A DNA stretch of 63,807 bases, filler included, from Reclinomonas americana ATCC 50394 (lineage: Eukaryota): assembly GCA_048213135.1 (NCBI GenBank). It is 11 parts of 11 records of this genome, joined end to end, with 100 filler letters (N's around TTAATTAATTAA, not from the genome) between each part and the next. Parts side by side here need not be neighbours in the genome. Positions count along the whole stretch, not along the records: positions 16,828 to 37,731 come from AFZH01022215.1; 10 more parts are not named here. One strand, written 5' to 3'. The position numbers and the translations under genes are program-made. Within the stretch, counting starts at the first letter, position 1; each line of letters opens with the position of its first letter. Shown here piece after piece: positions 23,701 through 36,696 of this stretch. The notes beneath the pieces were generated by a model. That model was not told where the DNA came from. It did not search any database and saw only the letters and a program-made list of their open reading frames with translations.

Positions 23701-26700
23701 GGGGACATGTTACTGAGCAATTAATGTGCACGTGCATCACTGCTTGCGGCATACAACGGACATAGAACGCAACATCGACAACGTACAAATTTCCAGTGAT
23801 CGGATCAAGGGCAACAGCTGTCGGGGATATAAACAGGGCATTGGTCCCAGAGCCGTCCACGAAGCCAGCTGGAAGGTAGCCGATGAGGATAGCGACAAAC
23901 GTGGTCGTGTCAATCCGGAAGATTCCTGGGAATTCTTCGTCGCATACATACAGGAAACTACGCTGCTTGTCCAGTACAACTTGACGCACGGCTGCTGATG
24001 GCGTCACGGTGGACGTAATTGCTGGAGTTGTAATGGTTCCGCTATCGATGTTGACGCGTCTACAAGACTCGTGTGTCAGCCGAGGTGATTAGCGAAAACA
24101 ATTGCAGTCATGTGGACCGAACCGAAGCGGGCCTGAGTGCGATACATAGGCCACACGAGATGCGAAGTCTACCGCGATACCCTGCGGATTAGAAAACTGG
24201 CCGCTGGCCAGCGTGGAAACTTGTCCGCCAGCCAGCTTTCGCACAATGTGGTTGTTCTACAGCAAGAGTGCTTGAGCACACTGTGAATCAGTGCAATCCT
24301 GAGCTAAGTGAGCAAGTAACTGTGTCTACAATGTACACCTCCGTTCCAAGAGGATCCACCGCCACCGCATTCGGGCTGTGAGAGAAAACGGTAAGCATCT
24401 TTCTTTGCTCACCACTGCAATCGCCTGAAAGCAAGGATACTGACCCATTGAACAAGGCAGATGCCGCCGGTCCATTTTGTAGCCCTGAAGAGTTGTACAC
24501 TCCGGCGATTGTTGACACGACGGCTCCGGGACTGATCTTTCTGATTGTCTGGGCGCTAATGTGATATACGTAAGTGAGATAGTACAGTCTACAAGTGATG
24601 TACGCTGTGTTTTTTGGGCACTCACAATTTATCCGGGATGAAGACGTTGCCAACGTCATCGGCGGCGCCAGCCTGTCAGTCGAGTAACGACATAAGTCAA
24701 TCCCTGCTCAATAAAGGTGGAGAACAGGAGAACACAACGGCAGGCGAGTAAAATCTTGCCACTGGTCCCACGCCGTCGACGGAGCCGGAGAGACCAGGAG
24801 ACCCAGCAAGCGTGGCCACCACTGGCAGCGTACTGAACGGCGAAGTCGACAGCTCAAACCTCGGAGTCACGCCACTGGATTGCACCCTGCCAACAAGAGT
24901 GGCACTGGCGATAGTGATGTCCCCAACAGATAGCGTGCTCACAATCCCCGAGGCTATGATGTGAGAGAAGACTTGTTTTGAGATAGAAATACACAGACAG
25001 GACGGGGTGGCCATTGTGCGCAACTGACAGGCTGGAGTGGCGAGCGAGTTGAAAAGTCAACAATCAAGCCTTGTGCTGATACGGTGCTGGTGGCACGGAA
25101 GAAGTACGTCGCAGATGGAAACAACGACTCGGTAAGCGATGCGATACGAGTCGCAACAGAGCTGCTGGGCGGCATGGCACTCTGTCGCCAGGAGGGGAAG
25201 GCAAGAAGGCGGATAGTGTGATTGCTCGAATCTGCCAGAAGGGGGAGCGTGTGAGAATAAACGCTAGACCATGCAAAGCGTCGACACCAACGAGCAGCAC
25301 CTGCCACAAATAGGCCCCCTCGAATCCAGGCCACACCATTCTGTGAGCAGGGTACCCTGGTCAACACTTCTGCGGGACAGCCCCCGGCAAGACATTGGTC
25401 ATGCATACCGGCAAGTTGAGTCGGGAATTGCTCAGGTAGCCATCGGCAGTGCCTGGTACAGTAGCCAAGCCAGCCAAGGTGTTGACTTGCGCTTTAATGG
25501 GGTCGATCTGTCGAATGGCGGAATTGTTTGTCTGATACAGCACACTATTGAGTCTATCGGCTCTATTGCAGTGCACGGCTCAAGCAGGGACGCAACATCT
25601 GCAACGTAAACCAGACCATCAAGGCTGACGGTGACACCTGCCGGACTTTTGAATCGCGCCACACTGGTCGCCACTCCATCCGCAGAACCGGCGCTACCAG
25701 GGGACCCAGCCAACGTGGAAACAGATTCGGTGGCCAGATCAATTTTCCGAATGGTGTGGTTGCCAGTGTCCGCCACATACAGCACCGTGTCGGCACTCGC
25801 CAGCGCCACTGCGCTTGGCGTATTGAACCGTACACCGGAGCCAGTGCCATTTGTGCTACCAGTATAACCGGACACGCCAGCAACAACTTGCGTAGCTCCG
25901 GCTAGTGTCACAGACCTGAGAAGTGCAGCATGGTGACGACATAGTTCCACGGCGAGAGGGTGCACGAGTCCATGTGAACAGATACGTACAGAATAGTGTG
26001 GTGGCCACTGTCGGCCACGTACACCAGCTGGCTCGCCGTGATGGCCAATCCGCGAGGTGCAGACAAATTTAGATTCGTGGTCATGGTATCCACTGTCGTG
26101 CCACTGACGCGCCGCACATTGGTGTTACCGTCCTGGAGACGTGCCATGTGAGACGATGATGATACGCATAGTGACGGAGCAAGGCATCAAACCTCCACGA
26201 CAAAAATGTCGCCGGTGACTTGGTGCACGGCAACGCCTGTGGGACTGTTTGTGTCGCACACATCAGGTCACAAGAGTGGGGAAACTAGAAATGCACCCGA
26301 CGAAGAAGCTCGGGATACCTCGAGAACATGGCTGACGACACGGATCCATCCTCGGCTCCGGGCTGACCAGTACCGGCAATCGTCGACACCAGGCCACTCA
26401 CGCTCATTCGCCGAATCTTGTGGTTGCTGCACGACGAATGAGCGGAGGCAGCGAACCGGCGACAAGCGGAATCGATGCGACGCAACTTTCGATCCGCAAC
26501 GACCATCGAGCCAGTCGACGCATCCGCTGTAGTGCCCTGCAAATCTCTGGTGATCAGCAAGCGGAAGCCACATGACGGCTGCCCCGATCGCTTCATGCTC
26601 ACCCATGGAGTGGAGAACGCAGCGCTAGCTCCCTGTCCATCTGCGGCTCCGGAGACGCTCGGTGCGCCAGCCACCGTCGACAGTAGCGTAACACCGGATG

Positions 26701-29700
26701 CAAATGTGGACGACGACAGGGAGACATCGAAAGCGCCTGTCATCTGGACACCGGTGCCGTTCGGGTCGATGACACCATTGAGGATCGCTGTTGTGGTGGT
26801 GACGACAGTGGCCACATTGGTGGTGACCAAGGGGGCTATACAACCGGCGTGATGAGGAGGCGGAACATACCATTGAACTCACAGACGCACTCACCGGGCA
26901 CCGGAATGAATGCTTGAGAGGTGAATTGCACGGTAGACCCGACGCGATTGCTGACCGTGTCGACGGCTCGGTACACATATGTTGTCAGCGGCAGAAGAGA
27001 GGAGACTGTCGCAGAAAAGCTCGTTGGTGTGCTTGCAGTGAGAGGACTTGCTGTAATCGTCAATGGCGGCAACACAGCCAGTCGCAGGGAGCCATTGGCA
27101 GAGTCTGGCACGGCAGTCGTACATCAGACAGCAGTCAATACGGAGGACAGCAAGAAATGACTCACCCGTGATCACCAGGCCGTGTGCAAATGCAGCCAAC
27201 CCGCGCTGTGCCTTGGCGTGAGCTGCTGGTGTGCGCCAAACACTGACGATTTTCTGACACTCACCACAGTGTTCAGCCGCGATCCGTTGCCTGCTCCGTC
27301 AACAAAACCCGCCGTGTCGACGACGCCGAGAAGCGTGGACACTCTACTCACAGACAGCTGGACCACTCGCACAGCATTTCCCTGCACCGCCACAAATGCA
27401 ACACATTAGCAATCACTCCGATCTCGACATACCCACAACCAGGCACGCAGCGCAACGTCAGCAACATACAGCGTGTTTCCATCTGTACCGGTAGCAATGT
27501 GCGCCGGCAACTGGAACAGTGCGGAGGTAAGTGTCCCGTCGAGAGCCCCGGACACGCCAACGATGCCGGCGACAAGTGAGACGGTGGCGGTGCTCAAGGC
27601 AATCTTGCGAATGACCCGATTGCTGAGATCAGCCACGTAGAGAGTGTTGCCATCTGGGGCCAGCGACACCGCCGAAGGAGAATTGAAACGCGCACTCGCG
27701 CCGACTCCATTCGCGGAGCCACTAACGCCGGAAGCCCCAGCGACAATCGTCACTGGCCCAGCAAATGCGAGGCGACTGCGAAGCAAAGCGGCTGTGAGAA
27801 GCGAAAATCACAAGGCTGTCATCTGGCTGCAACACGTCCAACCGAATAGTGTGGTCGAGAGCATCCGCCACGTACACACACTCGTGTGCGAAAGACCCGT
27901 CAACGGCGATGCCCTGTGGCAACCTGAAGTCGCTACTAACGGTGGATACTTGGCCATCCGCAATCTTGCGCAGCGAATGGCTACCCTCCTGCGACCACGG
28001 ACAATGGATGAGAACATCACATCACCTCTGGGCTAACCTGGTGCAGCAGCGCACAGACTCACTTCAGCGACATACACCTCGCGATTCTGACTGTCAAATC
28101 CAACCCCCGTTGGGCTGTAAATAGTGATGAGAAGGCAATCATCGACGTGTGTGCGCATGAAGCCAGTCATCATCCACGCACCGTGAGAAACGTGCTGTTT
28201 CCGCCGGACCATCGACGCTGCCAACAGCCCCAGTACCCGCCAGCAAAGTGAGCGTACCGGAGAGCGTCACTGCCCGCACCACGTGAGCTCTGTTGCGCGT
28301 GACAAGGAATCAGTGGATGACTGTGAGGATGCGCGGATAAGCGTGACGCACTGATAGTCGGTTACGAAGAACGTTGCGCTGCTTGCATCCAATGCCACGC
28401 CCTAATTTCTCATCGAAATATGGAAAGGGATGTTAAAACGCACACTATCAGGTAACAAGCATCCTCACTGCGTGAGCCCGACGCACCCATGGACTTGGGA
28501 ATGCCCCGGTGCTGGAGGCAATCAAGGTGGACAGGACAGGCACTGTGCTGCCAAAGGCGGCGGACAAGAGAGCAAAATGGAAAGCATTGCTGGTGCCGCC
28601 CGTGTCAACTGTCGCATTCAGCACAGCGCTGGTGGAGGTGATTGACGACGCGGCCAGCGTGCTCACAACAGGTGCTGCGAGACAAGGACATGAGTATCAA
28701 CTTTTTAACGGCGTACAAATTGCCAGACATGCTCACGAACACGCTCACAAACCCGGCTTTGTGGTCAGCTGGCTTGACTGGGGACGAGCCGACAAATCGG
28801 AGAGACTGACAAGCCGATACACGTAGGTCGTCGACGGCAACAACTGCTGCACGGTCACAAAAGCCGAATAGCTGGTGACACCACTGCTACTGGAAGGGCT
28901 GATAGCGGTCACGTCGGGTGGGATGGTGACAAGCCGTATGCGTGAAGATCCACCGTCTGTTTTACAACGAACACGATGAGTTCAACACCTTTCACCATGA
29001 ACGAGGAGATCATCAACACAAAAACGCACCAGAAACGAACAGAGTGCCATGCACGGCTGACATTATGCCTGGTGCACTGAATCTGGCATTAACGCCGTAA
29101 CCGTCGACGACAGCGCTGGCTGTGGATGCTGTCCCTGCAACAACTAGTAACTGACTGCCGGAGAGATATCGGATGCAATTGTTGCCCGTCTGCAAGTCGC
29201 AACCTTCAGTATGGGGGTAGCAAGAGAGAGACAGAGACCATATGAGACGCAACATCAGCCACGAAGATAGTCAGTGCATCTGGGTAAACAGCGACGCCGG
29301 AAGGGTTGTTCAAGAGTGTGCCAGAGGCGCCAGACATGCCTGGCAGTCCAGCAACGAGAGAGACGACGAATGTGCTCAGGTCCACCGCGCGGATCACGTG
29401 GTTGCCACTATCGGCCACCAACAGCCGCTTTGCCGTTGAATCCAGCGCGATGCCCGTTGGTTGGTTAAATGAGGCCGCGGTGGCAACACCATTTGCGTAT
29501 CCGCTGCTCCCTCGAGTACCAGCCAGCACGCTTACGAGCCCACTGGCGGAGATGCGACTGTGACACAAAGACGATGAGACGGGTGGTACAGCAAGCGTGG
29601 CGCCCCACAGGGCGGAAAACGCACAAGATAACGTGCAGCGCAGCATCGGCTACATAGAACTCGCCACCGGCAAACTCGGCGACTGCCACTCCTCGAGGAG

Positions 29701-32700
29701 CCTGAAAGTCAGTCGTCACTGTGGAAACTTGACTCGCCGACAGACGACGAAGGCTGTGGTTGCCATCCTACAAATATCACAACATCAATGACTACATGCG
29801 CACAGGCGCCAAGAACATGGCTTCGAACTGGCACACCTCGGTAACAAGAATGTCGCCATTGCGTCTATCGACAACTACACCAAACGGTCTGCGATATGCA
29901 TGGTCATATATGCAGATTGTCAATCTCATCACGTTCTGCGGCATACGCACCGTGAGAAACTGGCCGCAGCATATGGACCGTCTGACGAGCCCGGGACACC
30001 AAGAGTGCCGGCCAGTGTGCTCACGCTGCCATCCGTACCCACTGATCGGATCACATGGTTGCTGCACAAAGGAAAGAAAGGTGAGTCCGACTCGCCAATG
30101 GACCAATGCAAAACACGCGCAGGTGGTACGAGCGTACTTTGTATCGCACACGACAATGCGACCGGAGGTCCAGTCTACAGCCACTCCCTTTTGTAATTGC
30201 CGATTACAATGCAAGTAAGGTCGCGAGTCTAACCACAATAGACAACGTTGAACAACTGACCATGGGCGACGACAACGACAAGCTACTGTCCACTGCCGAC
30301 GGCCCGGCTAGTGTGGACACTGTAGCCGCACCACTGCCGAAAAGATCGGCTGACGTGGCCAGCTCGAACTTGAATAAAATGGTCAAATTGCCGGCGAGCG
30401 TGGCAGCGCCTGGCAACGTAGCCGAATTCGCACCTACACTGGTGGCGGAATTGGTGGACAGCGAAGTCACTGAGATGAGCACACGTGCACGAGGTGAGCA
30501 GCCAGCAGGGTTCCAAAGTCATGAATGTTTGTTTTGCCCCACCGAGATTCGTGATAGCAGAGGCCGTAGGCGACCGAAAATGCGAGTTCAGGTCCACCAC
30601 GCGATATGCGTATGACAAGCCCGAAACCAGCGCGACGCCGCTAGCCATCAGAGTGATCGACGCGGATCCAGTCGCAGTGGCAGGCGAAGTGACAAATGAG
30701 GTCGGCGGCAGCGTGATGATTCGGATGGCACTGTCGCCAGTGGTTGTATCGTTCGTCGTCAGTGTCACAGTAGAGCCCTCGACGACTACGCCGTGCTGCA
30801 GAATGGGGAAAATGGCGCAAAATGAGACTTCGTTGACTTTCTGGAAAATGCACGACAGGTCGTACCGGTGTTGGGAATGACGCGGAGGTAAGTAGTCCAT
30901 CATTGGAGGTGGACCAAGCTGGTGAACCTGCAAGTGTACTCACGGTGCCGGATGCCGCAATCACCCGCACCGTGTGGTTGCCGGCCTCGTGCGACGGAAA
31001 ACGACGTAAATCTTTCGCTTGTTGGCAACTATCTCCAGCACACCAAACAATTCACCTCCACAACAAATAGAGAGCCAGAGAGATGCTCGAATGCCACTCC
31101 TATCGGATCGCGGAAGAAGGCACCACCCGGAGCACCATCTGTATATCCGGGCAACGACGACTGACCGGCCACTGTTGTGACTGCCATGGTGGCCAGCACG
31201 ATCTTGCGCACGACGTGATTGCCGGTGTCGGCGACGTAGAGCACTTTCTGATTCGAGTCCAGGGCGAGGCCGATCGGTGAGCGAAATGAGGCGCCGGTGC
31301 TTACGGCGTCTGTGTTGCCCGGAACACCGACCGAACCGGCGATGGTGGCCACCAGTCCTCGGAAAGACACACGACTGACAAAAACAAACAACAGGAGCAG
31401 CAGCGATCAGCGTGTGTTAATTCACGCCAAGAGAGACCTGCATGCGCGAACGCCAGCAGCTCACCGCACGGTATGCAACGAGTCAGTGACAAACAGGCAT
31501 TCACGATCGGCGAGCGAATCCACAGCAATGCCTCGTGGCTGCGTGAATCGCGCGTCGTTGCGAATGCCGTCAACGTGACCGGCTGTGCCGACAATAGAGC
31601 CCGCCAGGGTCGAAAGCACACCAGCGGATAGCTTGCGAATGGCATTGTTGCCACTCTGTGCCCAGGGTTGAGAGGCGCGCATGCGTGGCATGCAGACGAG
31701 ACAACTGCTACATACATCAACAATAAAAACGTCTCCAGTTCCCCGGTCGATCCCAACAGAAGTCGGACTGGGTGGGAGACTCAAAGTCAGCCGTGTCACT
31801 AAAACGTTGCTTCGCATGCACTGAGTGAATCACAGACCTGGATAAGAGAGCACTGGTCGGCGCGCCTTCGACAAAGCCGGCAATGCCAATCTGACCGACG
31901 AGAATCGTCTGGACTCCGACGGCCGACACGGAACGAACAACGTGATCTCTGAGAGGCGAACATAGAGGCCAGTGAGATGAAAGCAAAACAATGCACACAC
32001 GAAAAAACTTATGCACTTATGCGTGAAAAGTGCGTGCAAATCAACTCGCAAATCACCTCGCATCAGCCATAAGGACGTAACCGCTGCCGTCCACAGTCAA
32101 GCCCTGCACCGAGTACCGAGAGGTTGACTGACACACATAATCTCAACACCAGTCGAGATGAAGCTACCACCAACCATAAAGCCGACTACTGCAGCGGGAT
32201 CCGACGAAGTTGGCAGAGCTCGCGTGACAGTCTTCAAGGTCGATACCAGCGGAGCATCGCCAAATGCATCTAGCGACCTTGCCACCTGCACGGTGCCCTG
32301 AACAGAGGACCCGTTTTGAGGGGTTACGCGCGCAGTGAAGGCAGCGGCCGTTAGCGCGCGAGTCAGCGAGTTTGACGACAGCGAGACCGTGGGTGTGGTC
32401 CAGGTGGGTGCTGACGGAGCAAGTTGCAGTGAGAGAGTGAGTTCAAGCGAATACTACTTTTCACAGCACAAAAAATACCTGCGGTGGTGGTGATGGAAAC
32501 CACGGTGCCGGAGAGTACGGGTGTGGATGCTGCCGCACGCACAAAGTATGTCGTCGCCGGCATCAACTGCGAAACCGTCGCGGAAAATGTCACCAGCTGC
32601 GAATCGCCTGCTGCTGTGGACGGAGAGGCAGCGACCATGGTTGCCGGCAGCGCGACTTGCCGAAGTATCACATTTCCCGTGTCTGACGCAGCAGTTAGTC

Positions 32701-35700
32701 AGTCTCTCTGACGATCAAACGAGGCATGACAGAGACGGGCAAACGCGCCAGCGACAAGCAGCCGTCCACGCTTCAAGTCAAAAGCAAGCCCACGCTGGCA
32801 AGAGTTGGAGTACATGATGAGTGACTGAATGAGGGAAGGTAGCGGAAGAACAGCATCGCGCACACACCGGAGACGACAGCCGTGAATCGCTGGCGGATCC
32901 GTCTGCCAACCCACTTGTACCAGGTAAGCCGGCGACTACATCAAGTGATCCATCCACCAACGACAGGCGTCGAACAACATGATTTGGCGTCTGATACCGA
33001 ACACAGTGAGTAATACCGTCGTTGCGATGAGATTGGAAGCCTCACTCCTCGCAGGTCGCAACATCCGCAATGAACAGCATCTGGCCAGCAACATCGAGAG
33101 CAACCGTCGCCACGGCGGACAGCACAGCTGTGGTCGACGGCAGTGTCGACACTGTCAGCGTCGCAAGGTCGACAAGGCGGATGGTGTGATTGCCCGCATC
33201 GGCGACATAAAGAAGGCCGCGATCGGGATCAACAGCCACATCTGCGGGCGAGCTGAACCTGGCCGAGCGTGCGACAGCATCGATGAAGCCCTGCTGACCC
33301 GGGGAGCCAACAAGCGTGGCGGTGATGCCTCCATACGAGACTCGCCTGTACGCGCACACAAGAATGGGCAAGAGAGATAGGGGAAAGTGAGAGAGAGAGG
33401 GAGAGGGAGACACACAGAGAGAAAGAGGTAGAGGGAAAGGGAGGAGAGACGCAGACAGAACGGAGGGAGGAGAGACACAGAGAGAAAGGAGGGAGGGAGA
33501 GAGAGAGAGGTGGAGAGAGAGACACACACATACAGACAGGCAGACAAGTGCACGCACATGCACGCACACACATACACATACACGCTATCTCTCTCTTCAA
33601 CGCAAGCAAGTTGCAATCGTGTTGCAACATAAAGTACTCACCGAATAGTGTGATTCAGCGTGTCGGCCACGTAAACACACTCGTGATTCGTATTGGGATC
33701 CACGGCAAGACCCTGCGGTCCACCAAACTGCGCGGCAACAGTGGTCCCGCGTGGTCGGTCAGCAGTACCTTGGCTGCCGTTACCGGCCAGCGTGGACACA
33801 GTGGTGCCGACGATCGAGCGAATGGCATGGTTGGATTCCTGAGCACGTGCGCAGTGAGAGGAGGTTGTGCAGCGGGGCAGCGCAATCGCACGCAACTTCG
33901 GAGACGTAGATGACTTGCGTGTACGGGTCAACGAATACATCAGTAAGGCTGAGGAAAGAGGGTCAACAAATACCGTTGACGTGAATGAGCACGGAAAAAG
34001 GAAACTCACTGCGAAAAGCGCGCACTGCTGGTGCCGTTGGCAAAGCCCGGCGTTCCGACAGCGCCAGTCAAGACACTCACGGTGCCAGTGGCAGTCACTT
34101 TGCGAATGACATGCGTGCTACATTCCGATAAGAGGAAGGGTAAGTTGCGACGGAAACTCGGCCGACCCGAAAGAATCATACGCACTCATACTCTGCGACA
34201 AACACGTTGCCGGTGGCGTCCACCGCAACACCCTGCATGCAAACAACGCGGCCGAGCGTGAGCAATCTCACATCAACACGAGGCGGTGCCTGTGTCCCAC
34301 AAAAGCACACACCCGCGGGGAGGAGAACGTGCCCTGCAGGGTGGAGACCGCAATCGCTCCGTCGATGGCACTGGACACACCGGAGATTTGGAAACTGAGA
34401 CCGCTCACCGCGGTGCCGGCACTCGAGAGGACAGAGCCCTGCAGCGTGATGGTGGTGCTCGTCGTCGCAGAGGGAGCGAGGGTGGTGATGGTGATGCCGG
34501 AAGGATCACCTACAACACACTGTGAGAAATCCAGCAAAGAATCTCTCCCTGTCTTTGCCAACGAAACTTTGCGTGTGCACGACTGGTCGGCGACTCGAGC
34601 ATGGCACCGACAGCAGCACCACCTTCTCGACGGAGAGCGGCAGACCCGACAACATCGTCATCATCGGCCAAGCGCGCTTCGCATGCACATTGCCACTGGC
34701 ATCTTGATCGTGATGGCCGGTGTCGCTGCCGTCATCCATCTCCGTCGCACGAACACGCACGTGCTGCAAACACGACATGTCGTACTCGTCCACTCCCACT
34801 GCTGCTGAGGCGGCGGGTGGCGGCGGGGGCGTCGGCGTCCACCACAACTCGCAACCATTGGCGATGCGTAGGGAGGCAGTCGGCACCTCGGCGACAAGTG
34901 AAAACGAGTGTCGTTGGTGGCGATTGATGTCGACAGTGCGGAGTGTGCCAAGGAGGACACCCGCGAGTCCGTGTGAGGAGGGAGGAGGAGGGAGGAGAGG
35001 GGGTGAAGTTGTTGTCGGGAGGAAGTCAATATCCGATGGCGCGACATTGGCTGTGGCGGTGCATGCGGTGAGAAGAGGATGAGGAGAGAGAGGTGGAGTG
35101 AGAGAGATAGAGGGAGAGAGAGAGATCTAGATCTAGAGAGACAATGCGTAATTGCAAACCTTCGGCGATCAAGAACGAGGCCTGGATGCGAGTGCGCTCC
35201 ATCCGAGGACCGGCCAGTGGCACCGCAGACTCACGGACGTCGTTGCTGTTATTGTTGTCGACTGGCAGCATTCTCACGGCACAGCTCACAGCGACCATCA
35301 ACGGAGACCCCAGCACTCCACTCTCGCCCATGACGAGCTCATGGCCGTGAACGCCCGTGCGCACGGCGAAAAGGTGCGAATCCCTGCCGCCGCCCTCGTT
35401 GTCATCCACGGTGGCACAGTCGTCGATGACCAACGCGAGCAAAACAGACCCCACATGATCTGCGTCCGCTCGAAGCTCTCCAATCACTTCACCGCGTGTT
35501 GATGGTGGTGTGTATGCAGGCGATGTGGGTATTAGCAGGAGGCGGGCTGTGCGAGAGCGAGCATCAGAACAACATTGCACAGCACAATTGATTTATGCAT
35601 GACGGTGGTGTCGAGGGTGCGACGCGGCACCGTCAAACAGTATGCGCGAGGATGGTGCGCATGCAGCAGATGCAGGAGGCTCGAGAAACGGAGAGGAAGA

Positions 35701-35865
35701 AACGTAGATGAACCGAACACGCACAATGACAAATACACGCTAGCGCTGCTGGCACGTACTAGAACACATCTCACCTTTGCGCTGTTCAAGCAGTGGTTCC
35801 GAGGCAACACATAGTGTGCACAAGCAGCATGCCACCACGAGCACCAGCAAGAGCGCAGTGCGCAT
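7297..35865 (-). CDS. Giant multi-exon polycystin-1/REJ-like adhesion receptor: SP - 6x(split FN3-like with nested NHL propeller) - EGF - Ig/IPT-like repeats - FN3 - REJ - GAIN/GPS - ~5 TM
   Basis: Signal peptide MRTALLLVLVVACCLCTLCVA (ATG 35865); many NHL repeats (LYVADTGNHTIRKIDL..VSTLAG); REJ-like INDLPTAGTLDITPLSGVARITAFVFTMTDFVDKD (~17760-17870); GPS CVFWNETRQQWISDGC..CRCNHMTDF (~15250-15445); TM1 VIYLIQLYIGFKMD; PKD1-like DDHSWVSTIMCPNADRFRRTQRVT|VLWFAMCLALYTNAVF; TM3 LIGIFSG..APVVWVVSQIF; TM5 DILINEPLKIAFFAFL; TGA at 7297-7299. Spans two spacers. Linkage of exons at 8000-13100 and 34500-35865 is inferred. Confidence 0.75.
8610..9790. repeat. Pyrimidine-rich low-complexity tract with internal duplications (probably intronic in the receptor gene)
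   Basis: C/T-dominated; 'tctctccgctctcccttgcctctcctcaccacctctctt' at ~8917 and ~9409; 'cttccacacttgcctc' repeated. Confidence 0.85.
12200..12830. repeat. Pyrimidine-rich low-complexity tract (probably intronic)
   Basis: C/T-rich; ORFs here are S/L/P/F-biased artefacts. Confidence 0.75.
15250..15445 (-). other. GPS autoproteolysis motif (H-M/T) of the receptor
   Basis: Spliced across intron 15330-15390: LCVFWNETRQQWISDGCKT|FVRVARGTHDVQSFVCRCNHMTDFSV, matching the C-x2-W..W-x3-GC..CxCxHL(T/S)xF consensus. Confidence 0.9.
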
Positions 35866-36289
35866 GAGGCCTGTGTGTGTGTGTGTGCTCCAACGCGCGG
35901 TGAAGCGATTGTCCTTTGACTGCAATTCGTATCGCTGCGAACACGCAGCCCGAGTGTGCTTTGTTTTTGTCTGTTGCTGATGGAGGCACTGGCTTGTTGG
36001 TGGACGACGATGTCCTTGTTGCGATGGTTTCGTCGCACTCTCTGTGCCCTGCGAACTGCGCTTTCTGTTGTTGGTTCCTTTCGAATTCCTGGTCGAAATC
36101 ACCCGCGATATGGAGAGAGAAATAGAGAGAGGGAGAGGGAGAGGGAGGGGAAGTGGGAGGGAGGGAGGGAGAGGGAGTACGCCAGGCGAAGAATGCACAT
36201 GATAACTTTGGTGTGCCCCTGTGTCGTGTGTCTCCACCAAAGCTGTGACATCAATCTCATTCTCTCTCGCTCTCTCTCTCTCTCCCTCT

Positions 36290-36370
36290 CTCCCGTCTCT
36301 CCCGACAGCCTGCACGTGATAAGTGGCAGTGATGATTGCACGTTGCGTGTGTGTGGCTCGCCAGTGGGGA
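36290..36370 (+). pseudogene. Isolated degenerate WD40 repeat of the same family
   Basis: VSPDSLHVISGSDDCTLRV followed by frameshifted 'tggctcgccagtggg' (WLASG). Confidence 0.6.
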
Positions 36371-36454
36371 TATCGATGACATATGTACATGTGACAGTGG
36401 AAGGGGCTCACGGTCTTCAAAACCACACCTGTGTCAGCAGAGTCACATTGATCC

Positions 36455-36696
36455 TGATGTGTGGGGTGGCTGGCTGCATCTCAGCGAGGGATGGAGGACG
36501 TCTCAGAGAGAGGCGGGAGCGGGAAACGATGACGATCCAGAGCGAGCAATTCACACGCACACACGATACAAAGAGAACAGACTCTTCGTGACCACCACAG
36601 GAGAGTACCGACCAGGTGTTGCTCTCCGAAGAGAGAAAGTCAACAGAAGCGAGCCTATCAAGAGAGAGGGTAGGGCACAAGAGTCCTCTTTCTCCA
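36455..36696 (+). promoter_or_regulatory. Conserved proximal upstream segment of WD40 family genes (putative promoter/5'UTR)
   Basis: Matches 3910-4149 ('gcgagggatgga..gagcgagcaa..ctccgaagagagaa(g)aagtcaacagaagcga.cctatcaagagag') and partly 925-1030. Confidence 0.6.

Noticed and set aside
23300..29000. Possible stop-codon reassignment suggested by fragmented NHL ORFs
   Set aside because: The stops I checked fall inside short GT-AG introns, and spliced frames are open in the standard code
29560..29645. Possible GC-AG intron after YVAD (GCTGCG)
   Set aside because: ADAALHVI fits the NHL consensus as coding sequence, and a normal GTGCGT donor a few codons later restores the frame
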